A stretch of DNA of 64,000 nt from Kiritimatiellia bacterium (GTDB lineage: Bacteria > Verrucomicrobiota > Kiritimatiellia > CAIVKH01). The stretch spans positions 7,477 through 71,476 of the forward strand of contig JAMLJG010000005.1 of assembly GCA_023953695.1 (NCBI GenBank), given 5' to 3'. Positions 1 to 8,839 of this stretch are shown here, piece by piece (position 1 is the first letter of the stretch; each line of letters begins with the position of its first letter). The notes under the pieces are model-generated. The model saw nothing but the letters and a program-made list of their open reading frames with translations. It did not search any database and was not told the origin of the DNA. The translations under genes and the position numbers were made by a program.

Positions 1-855
1 CTCGCCTGCGTCATCGGGCAATTCGTGAAAATCGGATTGCTCGATTCGGCTCTTGAGCGCCTCGCGCTCAAACCAATCCACTTCGGACGGATTGAAGAGA
101 TAGAAGTCCACGGGAAGGATTGCGCCCAAGTGATGAAAGAACGTCAGGTGCACCGGCGGCAGCATAGACGGCGCGAAGACGAAAATACGGCGGTATTGCT
201 TTTCGATACCGCACGCGGCGAGATCGGTGTGCATGCGCCGAAAGGCAGCCAGATATGTCTCATCGCGGCGCGTTTCCACCAGCATCCGCCACAGCGCTGG
301 CTCCCAGGCCAACGCGGGGGCGTCCTGCACGCCCACATCCTTTCCTGTTTCCCACGCGAGCATCATCTGCGGACGATAGGAGATATATTGATTCAGGAGT
401 GACGCGAGCCGCCCCGCGAGTTTGAAGCATTTGCGCGGATCGCGCCGCAAGCCATCGCGCGATGTGACATAGCGCTCGATAGGCGCAAAGGTCCCGTCGA
501 GCGTCCCCCCACGCAGTCGCTCAAAAAGTTGCCAGCGCATACTCTTTACCGAGAACGGGTGTTTCTCTGGATCGGGTGTGCCCCCGGTGGGGTGATCCAT
601 CCGGTAGAGCCAGTCGTTGACGAAAAGGCTCAGCAGCGGAAAATCGCAGTTTGCGAGGACGTGCGGGACCGTCGTGCGGGGAGCATCAAAGAGAAACCGC
701 TGTTGGAGCCACGCCTGCTGGGTGCGGTTCGGAACCACCACGCAATCGCGCCGGGCGAATAGGTCGTCGGGAGTGGTCTTGCCCTTCAGGAGCTTGGCGA
801 AAAGGTCATCCGCCAGCCGCTCCAGATTGTTGCCCCAAGAAATCGTCAGTGCCAT
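1..855 (-). CDS. recC: Exodeoxyribonuclease V gamma subunit (RecC), N-terminal part; runs off the window edge
   Basis: Absent from the ORF track because it has no stop in the window. Manual translation from ATG 855 gives MALTISWGNNLERLADDLF...VVVPNRTQQAWLQQRF...ANCDFPLL...KLAGRLASLLNQYISYRPQMMLAWETG...AWEPALWRML...RIFVFAPSMLPPVHL...LFNPS. This parallels the RecC N-terminus (SNRLD..., AANIDFP, ADLFDQYLVYRPDWL, WQAPLW, FTNPC). Confidence 0.9.
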   Translation of the reverse strand, partial: MALTISWGNNLERLADDLFAKLLKGKTTPDDLFARRDCVVVPNRTQQAWLQQRFLFDAPRTTVPHVLANCDFPLLSLFVNDWLYRMDHPTGGTPDPEKHPFSVKSMRWQLFERLRGGTLDGTFAPIERYVTSRDGLRRDPRKCFKLAGRLASLLNQYISYRPQMMLAWETGKDVGVQDAPALAWEPALWRMLVETRRDETYLAAFRRMHTDLAACGIEKQYRRIFVFAPSMLPPVHLTFFHHLGAILPVDFYLFNPSEVDWFEREALKSRIEQSDFHELPDDAGE

Positions 856-880
856 TGCGTTGAAACTTTCATCCTCTCAT

Positions 881-1000
881 CTACTCGATATGGAGGACGA
901 TTTCGAGCCTGATGTGCACGAGGGCTGTTTTCTCTTTTACGCCGGTCAACGCGGACGCCTTCGGCAAGACCTCATCTCGGATGATCAATGTTGTTCTCAT
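881..1000 (-). pseudogene. Truncated VapB-family (RHH) antitoxin fragment, 39 aa
   Basis: Manual translation MRTTLIIRDEVLPKASALTGVKEKTALVHIRLEIVLHIE* resembles the MRTT(L/I)xIDDxLLxxAxxLTGxKEKTALV pattern of VapB antitoxins. It ends early and no PIN toxin follows. Confidence 0.65.
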
Positions 1001-1100
1001 GCATATTCCACTTCGGGTCGCAGAGAGCGCTGCAGGGAAAGCGACATTTACAGATGTGACTGTGATGTTTGTCCAAATCCCTTTTCAACCGCTTTGCATC

Positions 1101-1168
1101 GAAATGGCGAATGCCAGTATTGGCAAAGCGATCCAACGAGTGTTGCAACTATGTGCGGACCGACCCCA
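1101..1168 (+). repeat. 68-bp direct repeat, copy 1 (putative Y1-transposase element end ending ...GGACCGACCCC)
   Basis: gaaatggcgaatgccagtattggcaaagcgatccaacgagtgttgcaactatgtgcggaccgacccca; 63/68 identical to 1443-1510. Positions 1144-1167 are the exact reverse complement of 47017-47040. Confidence 0.85.
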
Positions 1169-1330
1169 CTGCTCCCCCTGCTGCTGACGGCTGGCTGGTG
1201 CGCGTGCGGAGTCGCGGGGATTCTGCTGGCAATTGTTCCGCTACTCGTCTGGCGCGAGGTGCTCAAGCTACGCGCCGATCTTGAGTCGCGCGCCGCGCCG
1301 CGACCCAAAAACGGATACCCAAAGCCGTAA
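1151..1330 (+). CDS. Small membrane-peptide ORF or captured gene fragment (59 aa) whose ATG lies inside the repeat
   Basis: MCGPTPLLPLLLTAGWCACGVAGILLAIVPLLVWREVLKLRADLESRAAPRPKNGYPKP*; hydrophobic segment, followed by a hairpin at 1336-1361. Confidence 0.35.
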   Translation: MCGPTPLLPLLLTAGWCACGVAGILLAIVPLLVWREVLKLRADLESRAAPRPKNGYPKP

Positions 1331-1442
1331 CGCAACACGGCGCGACTCGCGTCGCGTCGTGAATGCAAAACTGTGAATCCGCGATACGTGATTCGACCGA
1401 CCAGTGTCATGGTAACCCGTGGCAATTCGCCCGGAGAAAATT

Positions 1443-1510
1443 GAAATGACGAATGCCAGTATTGGCAAAGCAGTCCAACGAGTGTTGCAACTATATGTGG
1501 ACCGACCCCA
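1443..1510 (+). repeat. 68-bp direct repeat, copy 2
   Basis: gaaatgacgaatgccagtattggcaaagcagtccaacgagtgttgcaactatatgtggaccgacccca; 5 mismatches to copy 1; lies about 90 bp past the RT stop codon. Confidence 0.85.
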
Positions 1511-1599
1511 ATTCCCGCTAATTAAAGAAGAGGGGGTTCTTCATCGGAAAGGGCTGACCCTGGGTGCCACCTCGGTGCGATTCGACGCAATTCTATATT

Positions 1600-3096
1600 T
1601 TAGTACATCCAAGCATTCTCAGTGAAAAGGGCGACCTCATCCGGCTTAACAACCTCCGATTTCTTTGTCGCGTCTGCGATGACAATTTTCGAAGCATCTA
1701 CAGCAGACTTAATTTCTTTGCTAGCTATCCATCCATTCTCCCACAATTCCGCCTTAAGCCCCTTGACGATTTGGCATATTGGTTCATCGCTCTCATATTG
1801 TATTCCGACTGCTTGAGGTATTGAAACGCGCTGCAGCCAAATCTCTAGGTAGCCATTGTAAGGAATGCGACGCATCTTGCTGAGCACCTGGGACCATAGT
1901 CGTTCTTTTTCACCCTTTTCCGCGAATGAGATCAAGCAGCTCAAGATGCCGGCAATGGCCGGAAAGGCAAGAGGCGACACTATGGCAATATCCGTTGCTA
2001 TTGCGACCTGAACCTCGAGATCTTCCGGTTTCTCTTTTTGCTCGGATATCTTCTCGTGAAGCTCTCCGGCAAGGCGGCGCAATGCGCCGCTATTCGGGAA
2101 GCGACGTCCGAATGCATGGAGTCGTAGCAACTGCTTTTGTATGGTCTTTGCGTTCGCGTTCCCAAGATCTTGCAAATCGATACCAGCCTGTTTATCCGGT
2201 TTTATTGAACCTTCAACAATATTTGCGCAGACCATTGTTTTTGATACACCTAATCGCATTCCAACCACACGTAGCTTGTCGCTGACAACCTTGAGAATCT
2301 GCTCCGCTCGCTGATCGTTCTGTGCAAATATACGGTAATCATCTCGGTAGCGAAGAATTCGGAAGTCGTCCTGCCTTGCAAGCTCTTTGGTGATTAAGTC
2401 GTCCACAAATCCAAGGACGATTTCCGCAATAAAATCCATCATGACAGAGCCTTGGGGAATTCCATTGGTTTGACCATAGCGACCGGCTTGCATATGTGAG
2501 TCGATCACATCGCCTAGTAGCTTATTCTTTCCTCGGCTCTCTTTTGATGCCTCTATGCCATGTATAGCCCAAGCAATACTGTGCGTATAAAGTGACCCAT
2601 AACAATCTGTTACATCCGTGTGCAGGAGGTGGCTGTAATTCAAAGAGTACACGAGGGACTTTTGCTCGACACCTTGCCACCAACTCTTTACCTGGGCCGC
2701 TTTATCAGAATTGGCATCCACGGACATAACTGGTGCGCTGCAGCAATCAACAAGGCCGCCTTCAAGCTCTTTCATGCGATTGACGATGAGCGCCCAATTG
2801 GTGGGCTCGCATATCTGGTTGACCAGTGAGACGTATAAGACAGGGTGAATCAATTCAAAAGGGCGCCAACTAAGTCTTCCGTCTTTATTGGCAACAATGG
2901 AATAGTTCACATTTGGCAATAGGCCGGGATTCCTCTCCTTGATCCCCATGAATGAGCCTCCGGCAAGGGCTATCTCTACATCAGTAAGTAGCTTCTCGAA
3001 TGAGATGTATGACGGAAAGTCGCTGTTAAAATAACTGCTGCCCTTCAAGAAGTGCTTTTTTGCCTCTTTGGCGGTATTGTCGATTAATCGCTTCAT
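1600..3096 (-). CDS. Reverse transcriptase, UG/Abi (defence-associated, DRT/AbiK-like) clade, 498 aa
   Basis: Motifs WRPFELIHPVLY, HTDVTDCYGSLYTHSIAWA (motif A), GQTNGIPQGSVMMDFIAE (motif B) and LRYRDDYRIF (motif C), followed by a helical C-terminal extension. No retron NAxxH/VTG motifs and no group II intron domain X/En seen. GC about 45-50% by spot counts versus above 60% in flanking genes. Confidence 0.9.
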   Translation of the reverse strand: MKRLIDNTAKEAKKHFLKGSSYFNSDFPSYISFEKLLTDVEIALAGGSFMGIKERNPGLLPNVNYSIVANKDGRLSWRPFELIHPVLYVSLVNQICEPTNWALIVNRMKELEGGLVDCCSAPVMSVDANSDKAAQVKSWWQGVEQKSLVYSLNYSHLLHTDVTDCYGSLYTHSIAWAIHGIEASKESRGKNKLLGDVIDSHMQAGRYGQTNGIPQGSVMMDFIAEIVLGFVDDLITKELARQDDFRILRYRDDYRIFAQNDQRAEQILKVVSDKLRVVGMRLGVSKTMVCANIVEGSIKPDKQAGIDLQDLGNANAKTIQKQLLRLHAFGRRFPNSGALRRLAGELHEKISEQKEKPEDLEVQVAIATDIAIVSPLAFPAIAGILSCLISFAEKGEKERLWSQVLSKMRRIPYNGYLEIWLQRVSIPQAVGIQYESDEPICQIVKGLKAELWENGWIASKEIKSAVDASKIVIADATKKSEVVKPDEVALFTENAWMY

Positions 3097-3651
3097 AATT
3101 CTTTTCGTCGAACCATTGATTGTCGGGAAGACTTTCCGTGCTGTTGAGTACTACGGAGCTTGTCCGAAAAGCATTCCAAGCCACAATGGCTTCACCTTTG
3201 GTTGCGAGTTTATCGTGTCTGATCTGGGGGACAATGGGAAAAGCGGGATTTTGAAGGGGTTGCCGATCGCAGCCACCCACGGGAAACAGAATGTCGGCGC
3301 CGCGCGCGCTGCGGGAACAATGGCTGAATGGTTCGTCTTTATGCGAGGCGACGCGGGTCTGCATCGCGAGCAGATGCTCGCGGCTGGCGCAGAGGGTGGT
3401 GCGTCCGCAAGTCACTGCATCTAGCACGACTGGGCGATTCTGGATGTGGCGAGGAGTTGGGTGTCAGGAGGCGGATGGGTTCTCGTGTGTTGCGCAGTGG
3501 GATGTGTGCATGCTGAAGTGGCGCGATTGAGGGCGTTCCGTCGTTTCTTGCTCTTGTAATCTGAAGTCGCAGGATTGAAAATTTGAACGCGGCGCCCGAA
3601 TTGTGGTCTATCACCGCATTCGGCGAGTGGGGAGGGCGCCCGGAGCTACGT

Positions 3652-4380
3652 ATGATTAAAGTCAGCAAACTGGTGAAGAACTTTGGCAGTCGCGCGGCGG
3701 TGCGCGATGTGTCGTTTGAGGTGAACCCCGGCGAGGTGTTGGGTTTTCTGGGTCCGAACGGGGCGGGCAAGACCACGACGATGCGGATGATTACGGGCTA
3801 TCTGACCCCTTCATCGGGCCGCGCGTGGATTCAGGGGTTCGATGTCGCGGAAAAGCCGGTCGAGGCGCGGCGGCACTTGGGCTATCTCCCGGAGAACGCG
3901 CCGTCCTATGGCGATATGACGGTGGAGGAGTTCCTTTCTTTCGCTGCGGCGATGCGCGGCTTTGCCGGGAAGGAGGCGCGGCAGCGAATCGGGGAGACGC
4001 TGGAGCGGTGCATTCTCACTTCGGTGCGGCATCAGCCGATTGAAACCCTGTCAAAAGGCTATCGGCAGCGCACGTGTTTTGCGCAGGCGATTCTGCACGA
4101 TCCTCCGGTGCTGATCCTCGACGAGCCGACGGAGGGGCTGGATCCGAATCAAAAGTTTGTGGTTCGCAATATGATTCGCGACATGGCGAAGAACAAGGTG
4201 ATCGTGTTTTCCACTCACATTCTGGAAGAGGTTGAGGCCATCTGCACGCGAGCGATCATTATCAGCGCTGGCCAGGTCGTCGCTGACAGCACCCCTGCGG
4301 AATTGCGGAAGCAGGGTTCGCTGGATCAAGTCTTCCGCTGGCTGACAACGTCGGCCGATATTGGAGGTAGCGCGCGATGA
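3652..4380 (+). CDS. ABC-2 transporter ATP-binding protein (GldA-like)
   Basis: Walker A GPNGAGKT, LSKGYRQR signature, Walker B ILDEP; ATG 3652 chosen as the start. Confidence 0.9.
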   Translation: MIKVSKLVKNFGSRAAVRDVSFEVNPGEVLGFLGPNGAGKTTTMRMITGYLTPSSGRAWIQGFDVAEKPVEARRHLGYLPENAPSYGDMTVEEFLSFAAAMRGFAGKEARQRIGETLERCILTSVRHQPIETLSKGYRQRTCFAQAILHDPPVLILDEPTEGLDPNQKFVVRNMIRDMAKNKVIVFSTHILEEVEAICTRAIIISAGQVVADSTPAELRKQGSLDQVFRWLTTSADIGGSAR

Positions 4381-5114
4381 GCAGTCCGGTTTGCACCATT
4401 CTCAAGCGCGAGTGGAAGGCGTATTTCAATTCGCCCGTCGCGTATGTTTTCATTGTGATCTTTCTGGCGCTCGCGGGATTTTTCACGTTCAACGTGAGTC
4501 GGTTTTATGAGGCGGGGCAGGCGAGTCTGGACCGCTTCTTTTTCTGGCACCCGTGGATTTATCTGATTCTGGTGCCCGCCGTCGCCATGCGACTGTGGGC
4601 GGAGGAGCGGCGCACGGGCACGCTCGAGTTGCTATTGACATTTCCGGTGACGACGGCGCAGGCCATTGCGGGCAAGTTCCTCGCCGCGTGGCTCTTCGTC
4701 CTGCTTGCGCTGGCGCTGACGTTTCCGGTGGTTGCGACGGCGTTCTATCTCGGCTCGCCCGATCCGGGGCCAATCATCACCGGATACATCGGCAGCGCCC
4801 TGCTTGCGGGCGCGTATTTGGCTGTGGGCTCGCTCACATCCGCGCTGACGCGGAATCAGGTGATCAGTTTCATCATCGCCGCTGTGATCGGATTGTTTCT
4901 GCTGCTGGCGGGCTTCCCGCCGGTGACTGATTTCCTCTATCAAGTCGCGCCCGCATGGGTGGTCGAAACCGTTGCGGGCTTCAGTTTCAGCGCGCATTTC
5001 GAGCAGATGCAGCGCGGCGTGCTGGACCTTCGCGACATTCTCTATTTTGCCAGCGCCATGGCGTTCATGCTGCTGGCTACGCATGTGACCTTGGACAACC
5101 GCAGGACGAAGTGA
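4377..5114 (+). CDS. ABC-2 permease (GldF-like)
   Basis: REWKAYFNSPVAY, MRLWAEERRTGTLELLLT, multiple TM helices; ATGA overlap with the upstream gene. Confidence 0.88.
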   Translation: MSSPVCTILKREWKAYFNSPVAYVFIVIFLALAGFFTFNVSRFYEAGQASLDRFFFWHPWIYLILVPAVAMRLWAEERRTGTLELLLTFPVTTAQAIAGKFLAAWLFVLLALALTFPVVATAFYLGSPDPGPIITGYIGSALLAGAYLAVGSLTSALTRNQVISFIIAAVIGLFLLLAGFPPVTDFLYQVAPAWVVETVAGFSFSAHFEQMQRGVLDLRDILYFASAMAFMLLATHVTLDNRRTK

Positions 5115-5121
5115 GCGGACG

Positions 5122-7017
5122 ATGAAGAGATTTGGCATTCATGTTGTGACGGGCGCCGTGGGTTTGATCGTTACCCTGGCGGTGTTGGTGTTGCTCAATG
5201 TCGCGGCAAGCTCGGTGCGCGTGCGCGCCGATCTGACCGCGGAGAAGCTCTACACACTCGCGCCGGGCACGCGCGGGCTGCTGAAGAACCTCGAGCGCGA
5301 TGTGACGTTGAAGTTCTACTTCAGCCGCAGCGCCGATGCCGCGCCAATCAATTTCAAGCAATACGGCAGCCGCATCCTCGATTTGCTGCGGGAGTATGAA
5401 AAGCTCAGTGGCGGACACCTCTCGCTCGAAGTGATTGACCCGCAGCCGGACAGCGACGAGGAAGAATGGGCGCGCCGCTACGGTCTCACCGCGTCGCGCC
5501 TCACGCAGGAGAGCGGTGCGCCTTCCGTGTTTCTCGGTCTCGTGGCCCTGTCGGGCGCGCGCCAGTCGGCGATTCCCTTTTTCTCGCCGGCGGACGAGCC
5601 GCAGCTCGAGTTCTTGATCTCTCGCGCGGTCAATGAAGTGACCGTTGCGAAGAAGCCAAAGATCGCTGTCATTTCGCCCCTGCCGCTGATGGGCGGCTCG
5701 GCGGGCTTCGTACGGCGCGGCCCGAACTTTGATGGATGGATCATCATCAACGAGTTGCGCGCCATTGCAGAAATTGAGGATTTGAGCGGCCAGGTGGAGG
5801 AGATCCCGGCGGATGTGGATACGCTGTTGTTGGTCTATCCGCGAAATCTGCCTGAGGCCACGCTGTATGCCGTGGATCAGTTCGTCCTGCGCGGGGGCCG
5901 CCTCTTCGCGCTGGAGGACCCACAATGCCTAGCCGATCTCGATGCGCAAAGCTCGCAATTTCGCGATCCCAAATCGGCGCAGGCGGATTTGAACGCGCTC
6001 ACGGCGGGGTGGGGCATCAAGATGTCCTCCGATCGCGTTATCGCCGATCCCGCCGCCGCGACGCGGGTGGCCTCGCAACTCGGAGAGGTGCAGCTCAACA
6101 ACTCGTGGCTCACGCTGCGCTCCAGCAACTTCAATCGCGAGGACGTGTCGGTTGCCGCGATGAACATGATGCAATTCCCGATGACGGGGTGGTTCGAGGT
6201 TCAGCCCGTTGACGGACTCACCGTCACACCGTTGATCACAGCGGGGCCGGAGGCCGGGAGCGTTTCGATCATCGAAGCCACCTCGGGCACCTTCGCGGGG
6301 AAAACCACTTTTGAGAAGGCGACGAACGCCTTGCCCATCGCGATCCGCGTGAGTGGACATTTCAAGACCGCCTTTCCCAACGGCCGACCCAGCAACGTTC
6401 CCGCTGGCGCGACCCATGCGCCTCCGTCCGAACCCGATGCGACGCATCTTGCCGAGAGCGTCCGCGATGGCACGGTCGTGCTGGTGGCCGATGCCGACTT
6501 CCTTTATGACGCATTCGCCGCGCGGCGCCTCCCGATGTTCGGGCCAGGTGTCTATCAGTTGATGAACGACAACATCAATTTCGCCGCGAATGTGGCCGGA
6601 CAACTTGCCGGTGGCGATGCGCTGATTGCGCTGCGCGGGCGCGGCACCTTCGAGCGCCCGTTCACACGTGTGCTCGCGTTGCGGACCTCCGCGCAGGAGA
6701 AGTGGCGGGAGCAGGAACTCAAATTGCAAGAGCAGCTCGCCACCACACAAGCCAACCTGGATCGCCTGCAATCGGGCAAGTCGGAAGATCAGCAGCTCAT
6801 CATTTCGCCCGAACAGCGGCAGGAAATTGAGCGTTTCCGCGCGCAACAACTTGAGACGCGGCGCGCGCTCAAAGAAGTGCGCAAAAATCTGAATCATGAA
6901 ATTGAAGCCCTCGGTCTGTGGGTCAAGGCGCTGAATATCGGCGCTATGCCAGGACTCGTTATCCTGTTCGGCCTGGCGCACGGCTGGCGTCGGCGCCGCC
7001 GTGCGCGCAGTCGCTGA
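5122..7017 (+). CDS. GldG-like ABC-type auxiliary component
   Basis: N-terminal TM, RADLTAEKLYTL, DQFVLRGGRL, C-terminal coiled coil plus TM; operonic with GldA/F-like genes. Confidence 0.85.
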   Translation: MKRFGIHVVTGAVGLIVTLAVLVLLNVAASSVRVRADLTAEKLYTLAPGTRGLLKNLERDVTLKFYFSRSADAAPINFKQYGSRILDLLREYEKLSGGHLSLEVIDPQPDSDEEEWARRYGLTASRLTQESGAPSVFLGLVALSGARQSAIPFFSPADEPQLEFLISRAVNEVTVAKKPKIAVISPLPLMGGSAGFVRRGPNFDGWIIINELRAIAEIEDLSGQVEEIPADVDTLLLVYPRNLPEATLYAVDQFVLRGGRLFALEDPQCLADLDAQSSQFRDPKSAQADLNALTAGWGIKMSSDRVIADPAAATRVASQLGEVQLNNSWLTLRSSNFNREDVSVAAMNMMQFPMTGWFEVQPVDGLTVTPLITAGPEAGSVSIIEATSGTFAGKTTFEKATNALPIAIRVSGHFKTAFPNGRPSNVPAGATHAPPSEPDATHLAESVRDGTVVLVADADFLYDAFAARRLPMFGPGVYQLMNDNINFAANVAGQLAGGDALIALRGRGTFERPFTRVLALRTSAQEKWREQELKLQEQLATTQANLDRLQSGKSEDQQLIISPEQRQEIERFRAQQLETRRALKEVRKNLNHEIEALGLWVKALNIGAMPGLVILFGLAHGWRRRRRARSR

Positions 7018-7045
7018 ACCGGGCGAGCGAAGTGGAGAACACTCG

Positions 7046-8167
7046 ATGAAATCACGAACCCTCATTCTCTTGCTGATTGTCCTCGTCGCGCTGGCGATGT
7101 TCATTTCCAAGGTCGGTCGGCGCTCGCACGAGGCCTCGCCCACAGAGTTGGGCCAGCGGGTGCTGCATACGAAGGATATCAACGCGATTGAGCGGATTGA
7201 GCTGACCAGCGGGACGCAACAGGTGGTTCTTGCTCGGACGGATGGCGAATGGGCGGTCGGATCGCTGTGGGACTATCCCGCGCAGTTCGAGCCGATCGCT
7301 GCGCTTTTGCGGCAACTCGATCAGTTGCGCGTGGGAGAGGTGATTCGCGGCGGCACCGAGATTTTAGATGAATTCGGCCTCGCGGAGAGCGCAACGAGCT
7401 TTCCGGTTCGGGTGAAGCTGTTTGAATCGGCGGACACGGCGACTGACGATTTGCTCATCGGCCTGCCTCGCACATCCTCTGCCATGCCCGCGGGCTTCTC
7501 GATGCCGGACAGTCGGTACTATCGCTCGGGCGATGGAGAGGTTGTCATTGCCGAGCCGTTTGTGGAAGAGGTGCGCCGCCGACCCACCGACTGGATTGTT
7601 TCAAAGCTGCCGAGTTTCGGACCCAGTGAGATCGGTTCGATGACTGCCTATCCGACAAATGGCGCAATGTATGCCCTCGATCGAGATGCAGACGGCACCT
7701 ACAGCGGCGCAGGAGCGCTCACAGGAAAGGTCATCAATGTGGCCAGCGCTGAAATCTGGTTTCGCTCGCTCCAGAACCTTTCGACGCGCTCCATTGTGGA
7801 TCCGGCCACCGATGCAAAAGCGCTCGCGCGCGGCGCGAGCGGCAGCGCCGTTGCGCACTTGACCAACGGCATTGTCGTGCGCGTGGAACTCGGCGCGCTC
7901 ACGCCGGAGAATATGGGTCACTACGGCTGGCTCACGTTCACCTACGAGGAACCTCCCGCGCTTGCGCACGGCGAGGAAGCGGCGCTGGCCGCGGATCGCG
8001 CCGCTCGCGATGCGGCGCGCGAGGAAGCTGAGAAACTGCAGGCAAGATATGGCCACTGGATTTACGTCTTCGACTACAGCCAAGCCACCAAACTCCTCTT
8101 CCTTCCCGACCAGCTAATCGTGGCGAACGCCGCGCCTCCTCCGCTGCCGCCCGCCGCGAAAGATTAG
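7046..8167 (+). CDS. DUF4340-like membrane-anchored protein
   Basis: MKSRTLILLLIVL anchor, W...WDYPA, EFGL, LLIG, PTDW motifs; typical fourth gene of Gld-like ABC operons. Confidence 0.7.
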   Translation: MKSRTLILLLIVLVALAMFISKVGRRSHEASPTELGQRVLHTKDINAIERIELTSGTQQVVLARTDGEWAVGSLWDYPAQFEPIAALLRQLDQLRVGEVIRGGTEILDEFGLAESATSFPVRVKLFESADTATDDLLIGLPRTSSAMPAGFSMPDSRYYRSGDGEVVIAEPFVEEVRRRPTDWIVSKLPSFGPSEIGSMTAYPTNGAMYALDRDADGTYSGAGALTGKVINVASAEIWFRSLQNLSTRSIVDPATDAKALARGASGSAVAHLTNGIVVRVELGALTPENMGHYGWLTFTYEEPPALAHGEEAALAADRAARDAAREEAEKLQARYGHWIYVFDYSQATKLLFLPDQLIVANAAPPPLPPAAKD

Positions 8168-8296
8168 CAGCACCAGCCGAAATTAAGTCGCCCATTTATT
8201 GCGCAACAGATTGGTGGTCAGACTGTTGCGACAGCCTGTCGAAAAGTCTGGAAGTTTGCAGCGGCGCGTTGTCTAGTCGTTCTCACAGGTTCAACT

Positions 8297-8839
8297 GTGA
8301 AAACGACGACAAAAAGTAAGAAGCATTCGCGAGTCACGATCCGGGAAATGGCGCTCCGAGATTTGAGTGACGTGTATGAGTTAGGCGCCCAGCTCTTCAC
8401 TGCGGAGAAATGGCCGACGCTGTATCGCGCGTGGGACGAGCATGAGATTCTCAATTTGTTCAACTCCGAGAGCGAGTATTGCCTTGTGGCGGAGTGCGAT
8501 GAGGTCATTGTTGGATTTGCGTTGGGCACGATGATGCGCAAGCCGCGGAACTCGTGGTCCTACGGCTGGTTGCTTTGGCTTGGCGTATCGCCGCGCTTCA
8601 AGCGGCGTGGGCTTGGCGGGCGGCTCATCAACAAGCTCACGGACACATTCATTGACGATGGCGCGCGCATGATGTTGGTGGACACCGACGCGCAGAACAA
8701 GACGGCGTTGGGCCTGTTTCGCAAGATGGGATTTGCCGACGAGATGAACCATGTCTATCTCTCGAAGAATCTTCATGCCCATCCGCGCTACATCGAGCGC
8801 ACGCTCGACGAAGAAGAGTGGGAAGACGAGATCGGCTGA
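8297..8839 (+). CDS. GNAT family N-acetyltransferase
   Basis: LGVSPRFKRRGLGGRL acetyl-CoA motif and NKTALGLFRKMGF. Confidence 0.88.
   Translation: MKTTTKSKKHSRVTIREMALRDLSDVYELGAQLFTAEKWPTLYRAWDEHEILNLFNSESEYCLVAECDEVIVGFALGTMMRKPRNSWSYGWLLWLGVSPRFKRRGLGGRLINKLTDTFIDDGARMMLVDTDAQNKTALGLFRKMGFADEMNHVYLSKNLHAHPRYIERTLDEEEWEDEIG

Noticed and set aside
25-863. Plus-strand ORFs (25-402, 529-762, 651-863 and the first part of 617-1330)
   Set aside because: Shadows of the minus-strand recC frame; no recognisable motifs.
1321-1400. Possible integron attC site after the small ORF
   Set aside because: TAAC and a hairpin are present, but there is no matching GTTRRRY box and no integron integrase.
1600-3245. 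Retron, DGR or group II intron interpretation of the RT
   Set aside because: No NAxxH/VTG retron motifs, no convincing a1/a2 repeats, no TR/VR pair or Avd gene, and no maturase domain or intron ends.
3026-3530. Overlapping short ORFs upstream of the RT as a partner or effector gene
   Set aside because: No RBS, no motif and conflicting frames; more likely non-coding.
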